A stretch of 63,951 nucleotides of DNA, the filler included, from Dehalococcoidia bacterium (lineage in GTDB: Bacteria; Chloroflexota; Dehalococcoidia; DSTF01; JACRBR01): NCBI GenBank assembly GCA_041494685.1. It is 3 parts of 3 records of this genome, joined end to end, with 100 filler letters (N's around TTAATTAATTAA, not from the genome) between each part and the next. Parts side by side here need not be neighbours in the genome. Positions count along the whole stretch, not along the records: positions 1 to 29,331 come from JBGQBE010000044.1; positions 29,432 to 57,685 come from JBGQBE010000045.1; 1 more part is not named here. One strand, 5' to 3'. Both the position numbers and the translations under genes were made by a program. This document shows positions 22,559 to 31,877 of the stretch, in pieces (the first letter of the stretch is position 1; every line of letters starts with the position of its first letter). A model generated the notes under the pieces. The model had not been told where the DNA came from. It saw nothing but the letters and a program-made list of their open reading frames with translations, and made no database searches.

Positions 22559-23029
22559 CTACCACCGATAGTGGACGAAGGCCCGGTTGGCTTCGGCCAT
22601 ACGGTGCGTGTCGTCCTTACGCTTGATCGTGGCGCCCTGGCCGGACGCCGCGTCCATCAGTTCCGAAGCCAGGCGGTCCGCCATGGACTTGCCGCCGCGA
22701 GCGCGCGCCGAGCGCAGCAGCCAGCGGATCGCGAGCGCCATGCGGCGCTCCGCGCGGATGTCTACCGGCACCTGGTACGTGGCGCCGCCGACGCGCCGCG
22801 GCTTTACTTCGATCGTCGGCGTGGCGTTACGGATCGCCATCTCGAACGTGTCCACCGGGTTCTTGCGCGTCTGCGTCTCGATGCGCTCCAGCGCCGCGTA
22901 GACGATACGCTCGGCGGTGCTCTTCTTGCCGCGCTGCATCAGCTTGTTCACGAACATCGTGATCGTGCGGCTGCTGTAGCGGCCGTCGGGCAGAATCTCT
23001 CGTTTGACGATTTTTGCACGTCGAGGCAT
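22559..23029 (-). CDS. rpsG: 30S ribosomal protein S7
   Basis: MPRR; RRVGGATYQVP; HRMAEANRAF. Confidence 0.97.
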   Translation of the reverse strand: MPRRAKIVKREILPDGRYSSRTITMFVNKLMQRGKKSTAERIVYAALERIETQTRKNPVDTFEMAIRNATPTIEVKPRRVGGATYQVPVDIRAERRMALAIRWLLRSARARGGKSMADRLASELMDAASGQGATIKRKDDTHRMAEANRAFVHYRW

Positions 23030-23043
23030 TGGACTACTCCACC

Positions 23044-23454
23044 TTACGTCTTGCGCGTCCCGTACTTGCTGCGGCCGCGCTTGCGGTTCGCGACGCCCTG
23101 GGCGTCGAGCGCACCGCGGATGATGTGATAGCGGACGCCCGGCAGGTCCTTCACGCGGCCGCCGCGGATCAGGACCACCGAGTGCTCCTGCAGCGAGTGG
23201 CCCTCGCCCGGGATGTACGCCGTGACCTCGATGCCGTTCGTCAGCCGAACACGCGCGATCTTGCGCAGCGCCGAGTTCGGCTTCTTCGGCGTCATCGTGC
23301 GCACCTGCGTACAGACGCCGCGCTTCTGCGGCGAACCCTTGCCGCGCACGGTGCGGTTCTTGAGCGAGTTATAGGTAAAGCGAAGGGCTGGCGCCTTCGT
23401 CTTCTTGACCGACTTCTTGCGGCCCTTGCGCACGAGTTGACTGATCGTCGGCAC
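23044..23454 (-). CDS. rpsL: 30S ribosomal protein S12
   Basis: GTG start; [24 protein letters not shown]-terminal insert [10 protein letters not shown]. Confidence 0.97.
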   Translation of the reverse strand: MPTISQLVRKGRKKSVKKTKAPALRFTYNSLKNRTVRGKGSPQKRGVCTQVRTMTPKKPNSALRKIARVRLTNGIEVTAYIPGEGHSLQEHSVVLIRGGRVKDLPGVRYHIIRGALDAQGVANRKRGRSKYGTRKT

Positions 23455-23684
23455 TACGACCCCTGCGTTTCCACTACTCGCCGTTGGTGACCGCCGCGCT
23501 CAATGGGCCCGTGTTCAGGGCGCACGAAAGGCCGGCAAGCCTTATTACTGAGCCAGTCCGGCGTAGCCACCCCGCCCGGCGGGCTGGTGACCACTATGTG
23601 CCGGCCGTTGTCACTTTGGGGTCTTCCGACCTGAATGTGAGTCTGGCGCAAGCGTGTCCGGCGGCGCGCCAGACACAGCGACGC

Positions 23685-23714
23685 ATACTAGCAACGCCGT
23701 AACGCAGGTGTCAA
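23685..23714 (-). promoter_or_regulatory. Sigma70 promoter of the rpsL cluster
   Basis: TTGACA-18bp-TAGTAT with TG extension on the minus strand, about 230 nt upstream of rpsL. Confidence 0.65.
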
Positions 23715-23914
23715 GGAATCTGGCTCCCCGCGCACCCGGTCTCGACAAGGACGGCCCGCCCGGCTAGCCCGACGGGAGACGGCAAGAAGTGTTGTAACAG
23801 TCCGACGGACCGCCCGGCCGCGTACCGCCGCCAACCGTCATCTCAGTCACCTCGCATACTTCATCCCGATGCGTCGTCCGGTCCGAAACACCGCGCCCGC
23901 CCGCCGGCGACGCC

Positions 23915-23943
23915 TTGACAGCCCGCCGCGGCTGCCCTACCAT
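23915..23943 (+). promoter_or_regulatory. Sigma70 promoter of lexA
   Basis: TTGACA-17bp-TACCAT. Confidence 0.75.
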
Positions 23944-23951
23944 TCCCCACT

Positions 23952-23965
23952 AGAACAGGCGTTTG
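23952..23965. promoter_or_regulatory. LexA operator (GAAC-N4-GTTC-type SOS box)
   Basis: AGAAC-AGGC-GTTTG just downstream of the lexA -10, the expected autoregulatory position. Confidence 0.7.
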
Positions 23966-24017
23966 AAACAAACGATTGCCGGATTATGATCACCGGCTAC
24001 CCGGGAGGTATGCGCGT

Positions 24018-24653
24018 ATGAAGGGGCTGTCTGCCAAGCAGCAAGGCATCCTGCAGTTCATGCGGAAGTTCATCGACGAGCACGACTATCCGCCGAGCAT
24101 CCGCGACATCCAGGTCGGCTGCGACATCAGCTCGACCTCCGTCGTCGACTACAACCTGAAGGCGCTCGAACGCCTCGGCCACATCCGCCGCGACCGCGAG
24201 GTCTCCCGCGCCATCGAGCTGCTGGACCGCGGCGGCGGGCGTCGCTCGCGCTCGGTGGCGGTGCCGATCATCGGCACCATCGCCGCCGGCCAGCCCATCC
24301 CGGTGCCCGCGCCGGACAACGTGGATTATGACAACGTGTTCGAGGCGACCGAGGACATGACCCGCGGCCGCGAGAACGTCTTCGCGCTCAAGGTGCGCGG
24401 CACGTCGATGATCGACGCGCTGGTCAACGACGGCGACATCGTCATCCTCGAACAGGCCAGCACGTGCGATGACGGCGACATGGTCGCCGCCTGGCTGAAG
24501 AAGGAGAACGAGGCCACGCTCAAGAAGTTCTACCGCGAGGGCGACCGCGTGCGCCTTCAGCCCGCCAACAGCACGATGAAGCCGATCTTCACCTCCGCGG
24601 ACAACGTCGAGATCCAAGGCAAGGTCCTCGCCACCATCGGCCGCCGCGACTGA
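24018..24653 (+). CDS. lexA: SOS repressor LexA
   Basis: YPPSIRDI...SSTSVV wHTH; IAAG cleavage site; GTSM catalytic Ser and ATLKK catalytic Lys. Confidence 0.96.
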   Translation: MKGLSAKQQGILQFMRKFIDEHDYPPSIRDIQVGCDISSTSVVDYNLKALERLGHIRRDREVSRAIELLDRGGGRRSRSVAVPIIGTIAAGQPIPVPAPDNVDYDNVFEATEDMTRGRENVFALKVRGTSMIDALVNDGDIVILEQASTCDDGDMVAAWLKKENEATLKKFYREGDRVRLQPANSTMKPIFTSADNVEIQGKVLATIGRRD

Positions 24654-24675
24654 ACTCTCACTCAGGACGATCGAG

Positions 24676-24705
24676 ACGCCGGACGCTGGCTGCGTCCGGC
24701 GTGTT
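24676..24705 (+). terminator. Hairpin after lexA, probable terminator
   Basis: ACGCCGGACGC-TGGCT-GCGTCCGGCGT; weak U-tract. Confidence 0.55.
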
Positions 24706-24745
24706 CGTCGTGGGCGTCAGGGTGCCACGCGCGTCCAGCTTCGGC

Positions 24746-24774
24746 TTGACGGGCGGGGGTGTGCGCCGTATGCT
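24746..24774 (+). promoter_or_regulatory. Sigma70 promoter of the btu-cob operon
   Basis: TTGACG-17bp-TATGCT directly before the riboswitch. Confidence 0.65.
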
Positions 24775-24780
24775 CCCGGC

Positions 24781-24893
24781 ACAACCGAATATCGAGAACA
24801 TGAGGTCGCGGCGAAGCCGGTGAGATGCCGGCGCTGTCCCGCAACTGTATCTCCCGAGCGCATCGGGAGGAGCCAGGTCGACCGCCCTCGTGC
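24781..24893 (+). ncRNA. Cobalamin riboswitch
   Basis: GAAGCCGGTGAGATGCCGGCGCTGTCCCGCAACTGTA...GAGCCAG core, CATGAGG/CCTCGTG closing stem, upstream of btuFCD-cobO-cobT. Confidence 0.9.
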
Positions 24894-24947
24894 AGATCCG
24901 CAAGGCCTTCCGAGGACGAGGGCGCCGGCTCCGATGGAACCGTTCTT

Positions 24948-24978
24948 CGCCCCTGTCCTCTTCCGGCAGGGGCGTTTC
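24948..24978 (+). terminator. Candidate riboswitch expression-platform terminator
   Basis: CGCCCCTGTC-loop-GGCAGGGGCG followed by TTTC, between the aptamer and the btuF start. Confidence 0.5.
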
Positions 24979-25029
24979 GATCCGCGTGAGGTCGCCGACG
25001 CCCCGACACAGTTGAGTAGGGGAGGAAGC

Positions 25030-26019
25030 GTGCACAACACCTGGATCCGACGCCTGGGGCCGCTGCTGGCAATTGGCCTGATACTCGCCGCGACGGCCTG
25101 CGGCGGCGGCAGCAGCAAGGCCGCCGCGACGCCCGTCAAGGACAACCCGACGCCCATCACCGGCGTCTCGACGCCGCCGGCGTTCCCGCTGACCGTGAAG
25201 CGCAGCGACGGCGCGACACTCACGATCAGCGAGCCCGTGAAGAAGATCGTCTCGATGTCGCCCGGCGCGACCGAGATCATCTACGCGATCGGCGCGCAGG
25301 ACGCCCTGGCGGCGGTGGACAAGAACGCCAACTACCCCGACGCGGCGAAGAACTTCCCGACGAAGATCGACGCCTACGAGCCCAACATCGAGGCGATCGC
25401 CGCGCTCAACCCGGACCTCGTGATCTTGCCCGGCGACAACGGCGGCATCCTGGCGAAGCTGGACGGGCTGAAGATCCCCGTGCTGTACCAGGACCTGGAC
25501 AAGGACATCAAGACGGTCGATGACGTGCTGGGACAGATCACCCTCCTGGGTCAGGTCACCGGGCACACGGACAAGGCCCGGGAACTGGTGCAGAGTCTGA
25601 GCAAGCGGATCGACGTCATCAAGCAGGGCGTGCAGGGCATCCCTTCCCAGGACGCGCCAAGCGTCTACCACGAGCTCGATTCCACCTACTACACGATCTC
25701 GACCGGCACGTTCATCGGCAACCTGTACGAGATCCTCCATGCGCAGAACATCGCCAAGGACGGCGCGGGCGTGGCGTACCCGCAGCTCACGCAGGAGGCG
25801 ATCATCGCCGCGAACCCGAAGATAATCGTCCTGGCCGACGAGGCGTACGGCGTCACGGCCGACTCCGTGAAGGCGCGGCCCGGCTGGTCGGCGATCGACG
25901 CGGTGGCGAACGGCAAGATCATCGCGGTGGACGCGGACCTGATCAGCCGCCCGGGGCCGCGCATCGTCGACGCGCTGGAGGACCTGGCGCGCAAGATCTA
26001 CCCGACGAGGTTCCAGTAG
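25030..26019 (+). CDS. btuF: Cobalamin ABC transporter substrate-binding lipoprotein
   Basis: GTG start with GGAGG RBS; lipobox ATAC; IVSMSPGATE, PNIEAI.ALNPDLV, SRPGPRI. Confidence 0.85.
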   Translation: MHNTWIRRLGPLLAIGLILAATACGGGSSKAAATPVKDNPTPITGVSTPPAFPLTVKRSDGATLTISEPVKKIVSMSPGATEIIYAIGAQDALAAVDKNANYPDAAKNFPTKIDAYEPNIEAIAALNPDLVILPGDNGGILAKLDGLKIPVLYQDLDKDIKTVDDVLGQITLLGQVTGHTDKARELVQSLSKRIDVIKQGVQGIPSQDAPSVYHELDSTYYTISTGTFIGNLYEILHAQNIAKDGAGVAYPQLTQEAIIAANPKIIVLADEAYGVTADSVKARPGWSAIDAVANGKIIAVDADLISRPGPRIVDALEDLARKIYPTRFQ

Positions 26020-26021
26020 CG

Positions 26022-27119
26022 ATGCAGATCGCGCGCCCCCACCGCTTCGCACGTACGGCCAGCGCCGACGCGCCCGCCTTCGTCACGTGGCGGGGCCTGC
26101 TGCCCACGTACGCGCTGGCGGCGCTGGCGACCTTCGCCGTCGGCGTCTTCGCGGTGAGTTGGGGGACCGTGCACATCGCCCCGCAGACGACGTTGCGAGT
26201 GCTGCTGGGCCACCTCCCGTTCGTGCCCGCGGGCGAGCACAGCGCCGCCATCCGCGCGATCGTCTGGGACGTGCGGGCGCCGCGCGTCCTGCTGGCCGGC
26301 ATGGTCGGCGCGACGCTGGCGTTCTGCGGGGCGGCGTACCAGGGCGTGTTCCGCAACCCGCTCGCTGAGCCGTACTTGATCGGCGTCGCGTCCGGCGCGG
26401 CCGTCGGCGCGACGCTGATCATCATCTCGCCGCTGTACGTGACCGTGTGGCTGCTCAGCCCGCTGCCACCCGCGGCGTTCGCGGGCGCGCTGGCGGCGGT
26501 GGCGCTGGCCTACGGTCTGGCGCGCGCGCACGGCCGCGTCAGCACGACGTCGCTGATCCTCAGCGGCGTCGCCGTGTCGTCCGTGTGCACGTCGATCGTC
26601 ACGTACCTGATGCTCACCTACAACACCCGGACGCTGGCGATCCTCAACTGGATCATGGGCGGCTTCAACACTGCGTCGTGGAAAGAAGTGGCGATCGCCG
26701 CGCCGTACATGCTGCTCGCCGCGGTGGTGATCGTGCCGCTCGCGCGCCTGCTCAACGTCATGCAGTTGGACGAGGACGAGGCGCGGCACCTGGGCGTGGA
26801 CGTCGAGCGGCTGAAGCTGATCGTGCTGGGGCTGGCGTCGCTGGCGACGGCGGCCGCCGTCGCCGTGAGCGGACTGATCGGCTTCGTCGGGCTGGTCGTG
26901 CCCCACATCGTGCGGATGATCTGGGGCCCGGACTACCGCCGCGTGCTGCCGCTCTCCGGCTTCTTCGGCGCGGCGTTCCTCATCCTGGCCGATGTCATCG
27001 CCCGCAGCATCAATCCCGGCTACGAAGTGCCGATCGGCGTCGTCACGGCGCTGGTCGGCGCCCCGTTCTTCCTCTACCTGCTGCGGCGCGAAGGGCGCCG
27101 CGGCCACGAGGCCGCCTGA
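26022..27119 (+). CDS. btuC: Cobalamin ABC transporter permease (FecCD/BtuC)
   Basis: FRNPLAEPY; DEDEARHLGV; GLIGFVGLVVPH; GAPFF. Confidence 0.88.
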   Translation: MQIARPHRFARTASADAPAFVTWRGLLPTYALAALATFAVGVFAVSWGTVHIAPQTTLRVLLGHLPFVPAGEHSAAIRAIVWDVRAPRVLLAGMVGATLAFCGAAYQGVFRNPLAEPYLIGVASGAAVGATLIIISPLYVTVWLLSPLPPAAFAGALAAVALAYGLARAHGRVSTTSLILSGVAVSSVCTSIVTYLMLTYNTRTLAILNWIMGGFNTASWKEVAIAAPYMLLAAVVIVPLARLLNVMQLDEDEARHLGVDVERLKLIVLGLASLATAAAVAVSGLIGFVGLVVPHIVRMIWGPDYRRVLPLSGFFGAAFLILADVIARSINPGYEVPIGVVTALVGAPFFLYLLRREGRRGHEAA

Positions 27120-27937
27120 TGCTCTCGGTGCGCGCGCTCCACGCAGGTTACGCCGCACGCGCGGTGCTCCACGGCATCGATCTCACAGCCGCGCGCGGTG
27201 AGATCGTCGCCGTCATCGGCCCGAACGGCTGCGGAAAGACGACGCTGCTGCGCGTGCTCTCCGGCGGCCTGCCGTACGAGGGCAACGTGACCATCGACGG
27301 CGCCGAGGTGCGCACGTCGGGTGCGTCGGCACTGGCGAAGCGCGTCGCCGTCGTCTCGCAGAGCGCGGGCCTGCCAGAGCGCTTCAGCGCGTTCGAGGTG
27401 GCGCTGATGGGGCGCACACCGCACCTCCGCCTGCTCCAGTCCGAGGGCAGCGGCGACGTGCGCATCGTCCGCGCCGCGATGGAGCGCACCGGCTGCTGGG
27501 ACCTCCGCGACCGGCCGATCGACGCCCTGTCCGGCGGCGAACGGCAGCGCGTCGTCATCGCCCGCGCGCTGGCGCAAGAGCCGGACCTGCTGCTGCTCGA
27601 CGAGCCGACGTCGCACCTCGATGTGCAGCACCAGGTCGGCACGTTCCGCCTGGCGGTCGAACTCTGCCGCGAGCAGCAGCTGGCCGTCCTCGCCGTCGTC
27701 CACGACCTGACGCTGGCGGCGATGTTCGCCGACCGCATGGCGCTGATGTCCGGCGGCCGCATCGTGGCGGAGGGTACTCCGGCCGCGGTGCTGCGGCCGC
27801 AGACGATCGAGCAGGTGTACGGGCTCGCCGTGCGCGTGTTGGCGCACCCGACGACCGGCCGCCCCGTCGTTGTGCCGGACATCACGATCGAGACGGAGAT
27901 CGCCGGCCCGCTGGAGCACGCAGGAGCAACACGATGA
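27119..27937 (+). CDS. btuD: Cobalamin ABC transporter ATPase
   Basis: GPNGCGKTT; LSGGERQR; LLLDEPTSHLD; TGATG coupling to btuC. Confidence 0.88.
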   Translation: MLSVRALHAGYAARAVLHGIDLTAARGEIVAVIGPNGCGKTTLLRVLSGGLPYEGNVTIDGAEVRTSGASALAKRVAVVSQSAGLPERFSAFEVALMGRTPHLRLLQSEGSGDVRIVRAAMERTGCWDLRDRPIDALSGGERQRVVIARALAQEPDLLLLDEPTSHLDVQHQVGTFRLAVELCREQQLAVLAVVHDLTLAAMFADRMALMSGGRIVAEGTPAAVLRPQTIEQVYGLAVRVLAHPTTGRPVVVPDITIETEIAGPLEHAGATR

Positions 27938-28497
27938 GCGACGCAGAGACCGAGAGCGACGAATCGGCGGCGCGGACGCCGCGCAAAGCGCTGGTCGTCG
28001 TCAACACCGGCAACGGCAAGGGCAAGACGACCGCCGCGCTGGGCGTGCTGTTCCGGGCGTGGGGGCGCGGTTACAGGGTCTGCATGCTCCAGTTCATCAA
28101 GAGCACCACGTCTAACTACGGCGAGACGAAGGCCATGAAGAAGATCGGCATGGAGGTCGTCTCGCTCGGCGGCGGCTTTACGTGGCTATCGAAGGACATC
28201 GAGAAGGACAAGGCGCTCGCGCGCGAGCTGTGGGAGCAGTGCAAGGCGAAGATCGCCTCCGGCGACTACGACGTCGTCGCGCTGGACGAGTTCACCTATC
28301 CGCTGGCGTACGGCTGGCTGCCCGTGCAGGAGGTGATCGACTTCCTCAAGACGCGGCCGGCGCGCACGCACGTCATCATCACCGGCCGCGACGCCCCGCC
28401 GGAGCTGATCGACTACGCCGACCTCGTCACGGAAATGCGCGAGATCAAGCATCCGTTCCAGCAGGGCGTGAAGGCACAGCCCGGGATCGAGTTCTAA
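27934..28497 (+). CDS. cobO: Cob(I)yrinic acid a,c-diamide adenosyltransferase (CobO/BtuR)
   Basis: TGNGKGKTTAA; LQFIK; LDE; ITGR; KHPF..G.KAQ.GIEF. Confidence 0.93.
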   Translation: MSDAETESDESAARTPRKALVVVNTGNGKGKTTAALGVLFRAWGRGYRVCMLQFIKSTTSNYGETKAMKKIGMEVVSLGGGFTWLSKDIEKDKALARELWEQCKAKIASGDYDVVALDEFTYPLAYGWLPVQEVIDFLKTRPARTHVIITGRDAPPELIDYADLVTEMREIKHPFQQGVKAQPGIEF

Positions 28498-29331
28498 TGA
28501 CCACCAGCGACACCATCGCAGACGCCATCGCCGCCATCGCCGCGCCCGACGCCTCGGCGCGCGACGCCGCGCGCGAGCACCAGTCGCGGCTGACGAAGCC
28601 CGCGGGCGCGCTGGGGCGGCTCGAAGAGTTGCACGCATGGGCGGCCGGCGTGCGCGGCGTCGCGACGCCAAGCCTCGAGCGCGCCGTGATCGTCGTCGCG
28701 GCGGCCGACCACGGCGTCGCCGAAGACGGCGTCAGCGCCTACCCGCGCGACGTGACGTGGCAGATGGTCGCGAACTTCCTGGCGGGCGGCGCAGCGGTCA
28801 ACGTGCTTGCGGCGCACGCCGGCGCACACATCCGCGTGGTCGATGCCGGCGTGCTACGCGATAGCGACGACGCGCGCGTCCACGTCGCGAAGACGCGGGG
28901 CGGCACCGGCAACATGACGCGCGGCCCGGCGATGTCGCGCGACGAGGCGGAGACGCTGCTGGCGCGTGGCATCGAGTTCGCGCGCGCCGAGGCCGCGGCC
29001 GGCGCGGACGCGATCGCGCTGGGCGATATGGGCATCGGCAACACCACGGCCGCCGCCGCGATCACCGCCGTCATCGCCGGCGTGCCGCCGGGCGTCGCAG
29101 CCGGGCGCGGCACCGGCATCGACGATGCGGCCTTCGCTACCAAGGTCGCCGCCATCGAGCGGGCGATCGCCGTCAACACGCCCGACGCCACCGACGCGCT
29201 CGACGTGCTGGCGAAGGTCGGCGGCTTCGAGATCGCGTTCCTCGCCGGCGTCGCCATCGGCGCGGCGGGCGCGCGAATCCCCGTCGTGCTCGACGGCTAT
29301 CCGACAACCACCGCCGCGCTCATCGCCGCGA
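28497..29331 (+). CDS. cobT: Nicotinate-nucleotide-dimethylbenzimidazole phosphoribosyltransferase, 3'-truncated by gap
   Basis: LTKP.GALGRLE; AADHGV; VSAYP; MGIGNTT; GGFEI. Confidence 0.92.
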
Positions 29332-29431
29332 NNNNNNNNNNNNNNNNNNNNNNNNNNNNNNNNNNNNNNNNNNNNTTAATTAATTAANNNNNNNNNNNNN
29401 NNNNNNNNNNNNNNNNNNNNNNNNNNNNNNN
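29332..29431. other. Artificial contig junction
   Basis: N-run, TTAATTAATTAA (stops in all frames), N-run; truncates genes on both sides. Confidence 0.97.
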
Positions 29432-31737
29432 TCCTCCTCCTGCGCGAAGTGCAGCCGCAGGATCGCGTAGAGCCCGTAGAGCACCCGCCGAAGCTCCGTG
29501 AGATCGTCCGGCGCCGGCCCGCCCGCCGGCAGATCCGCGAGGAGCTGCCCGAGGACCCGCGTCAGGTGGGCGATCTCGACGTGCGCCCGCTCCATCGTGC
29601 CCGTCGGATCGTCGCCCCCGAGCAGCCTGGCGATCGCCGGATAGAAGTCCCGCTCCTCCGCCGCCTCGTGCGGGAGCAGGTCGTCCACGAGCACGCGATG
29701 CACGGCCCGCACCGTCTCGGCCGCCGCCCGCGGCTCGTCCACGTCGAGGCGCTCAGCGACCGCGCGGATCCGGTGCACGACCGGCAGCAGGTCCGCATGC
29801 TCCGATCGGAATCGCTTGCTCAGTGCGGCCTCCGGCCCGTGCGCCGACACCGTCACCTCGTAGCCGCCCAGCGCCCGCAGCGCGTTCAAGATGACCGTCA
29901 CGTCGATCGCCTCCTGCACCAGCGCGCCGACCGTCGGCGGCACCCAGCCGAACGCGGCAAGCACCATCACCGCCAGCGAGAGGCCGATGCCGGCCACGAC
30001 GCTCTGCAGCGCGATCGCCCGGGCGCGCCGCGAGATCCGCAGCGCCTCCGCCAGCCGATCGAGGCGGTCCACGACCAGCACGATGTCCGCCGCTTCCGAT
30101 GACGCCGTCGAGCCGCGCGCGCCCATCGCGACGCCGACGTCCGCCGCGGCGAGCGCCGGCGCGTCGTTGACGCCGTCGCCCACCATGATCGTGCTCCCCC
30201 AGGTGCGCTCGCTCTGCACGGCGTCTACTTTGTCGGCGGGGCTGCGCTCGGCCAGGACCTCGTCGACGCCCACCGCCGCGCCGACCGTCTCGGCGACGTC
30301 GATGTGGTCGCCGGTGACCATCACCACGCGCGAGATGCCCGCGCGGCGCAGCGAGCGGATCGTGCGCGCGCTGTCCGGGCGGATCGGATCGTCCAGGACG
30401 AACGCGCCGGCGAGCTCCCCGTCGATCGCCACGAACACGTTGATCGCGCCCTCGAACGCCGTCCTGCGGCGCAGCCGGTACACCCAGTCCGGGGGCGGCG
30501 CATCCGCGGCGACCCACGCCGCCTTCCCCACGGAGACCTCGTGGCCGTCCACGCGCCCGCGGATGCCGCGCCCGCCCTCCTCCACCACCTCTGTCGGCAG
30601 CGACAGCCGGAGCTTGCGTGCGCGCGCCACGTTGACGATGGCGGTCGAGAGCACGTGCCCCGACACCTGGTCCAGCGACGCCGCGAGCCGCACGATCTCG
30701 TCCGCCTCGTACGCGCCCGGCGCGATGGTCTCCGCCACCTCCGGCCGCCCCATCGTGATCGTGCCCGTCTTGTCGAACAGCAGCACCCGCGCGCGGCTCA
30801 GCGATTCGAGCACGGTGCCGCCCTTCATGACGATGCCGCGGTGCGCCGCGCGCGAGATGCCGGACATGATCGCGACCGGCGCCGCCAGGATGAGCGGACA
30901 CGGCGTCGCGACGACGAGCACCGCCAGCGCCCGCACCGGGTCGCCGGAGATCGCCCACGCCGCACCGGCGATCAGCAGCGTGACGGGGAGGAAGATCAGC
31001 GCGAAGCGATCGGCCAGGCGCACGAACGGCGCCTTGGAGGTCTGCGCCGCCGCCACGAGGCGCACGATGCCGGCGTAGGTGCTCTCTCGCGCCGTCGTCG
31101 TGGCGTACATCTCGAACGGTCCGCCGGCGTTCACCGCGCCGCTCCGCACCTGCGATCCCGGCTCGAACTCCACGAGACGCGACTCGCCCGTCAGCGCCGA
31201 CGCGTCCAGCACGGCCGTGACATCCTGGACGACGCCGTCGACGGGGATCACCTCGCCCGGCTTGACGAGGAGCCGGTCGCGCGGCCGCACGTCGTCCAGC
31301 GGCGGCGACGTGAGCTCGGAGCCCTCGTAGCGGTGGACGATCTTCGGCGCGCGCTCGAGCAGCGCGCTCAGTTCGCGGCGCGCCCGGGCGGACGCGTACT
31401 GCTCCAGCGCGCTGCCCGTCGAGAGCATCACGGCGATGACGGCGCCGGCGAGGTACTCGCCCAGCGCCAGCGCTCCGATCAACGCCAGCAGCGCGATGAT
31501 GTCGACGCCGGTCTCCCCTTTCAGGAGATCGCGCACGATCGACACGCTCAGCGGCACGAGCGCGACGATGATCGCCAACACCCAGACGCCGTCGGCGACC
31601 GCATGCAGGTCCGCCAGCCAGGCGATGCCGCCCGCCAGCACGGCGGCGCCGGTGAGCGCGAGCGAGAGCCGTGCGACGCCGGCACCGGTCCATCGCGGCT
31701 CAACAGCGGGCCCCTGGACGTCGGCGGGCGATGTCAA
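29432..31737 (-). CDS. P1B-5-type heavy-metal P-type ATPase with C-terminal hemerythrin domain, 3'-truncated; start uncertain
   Basis: LTGES, VVATPCP, FDKTGT, VGDGVNDAP, QEAID; tail with H..HEAAEE..FYP..H..HFAQEE hemerythrin ligands. Confidence 0.88.
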
Positions 31738-31877
31738 CGGCGGGCCCTGCCTGCGGGCCGGCGCGTCCCGGCGGTCACGATAGCGGCGCCTGATCGGAAC
31801 AGCGGCATGATTGCACTGTAGAAGGAGTGGATACCCGTCGCCACGGGCCAAACGGCAGAAATCGCGCGGCCGGAAGC

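Noticed and set aside
23715..23914. Spacer between the rpsL and lexA promoters as a tRNA or sRNA
   Set aside because: No cloverleaf, T-loop or convincing structure seen
29332..29431. TTAATTAATTAA inside N-runs (also 57686-57785) and the apparent cobT/ATPase and yceI/liu neighbourhoods
   Set aside because: Identical synthetic all-frame-stop linkers join separate contigs, so the adjacency is not biological
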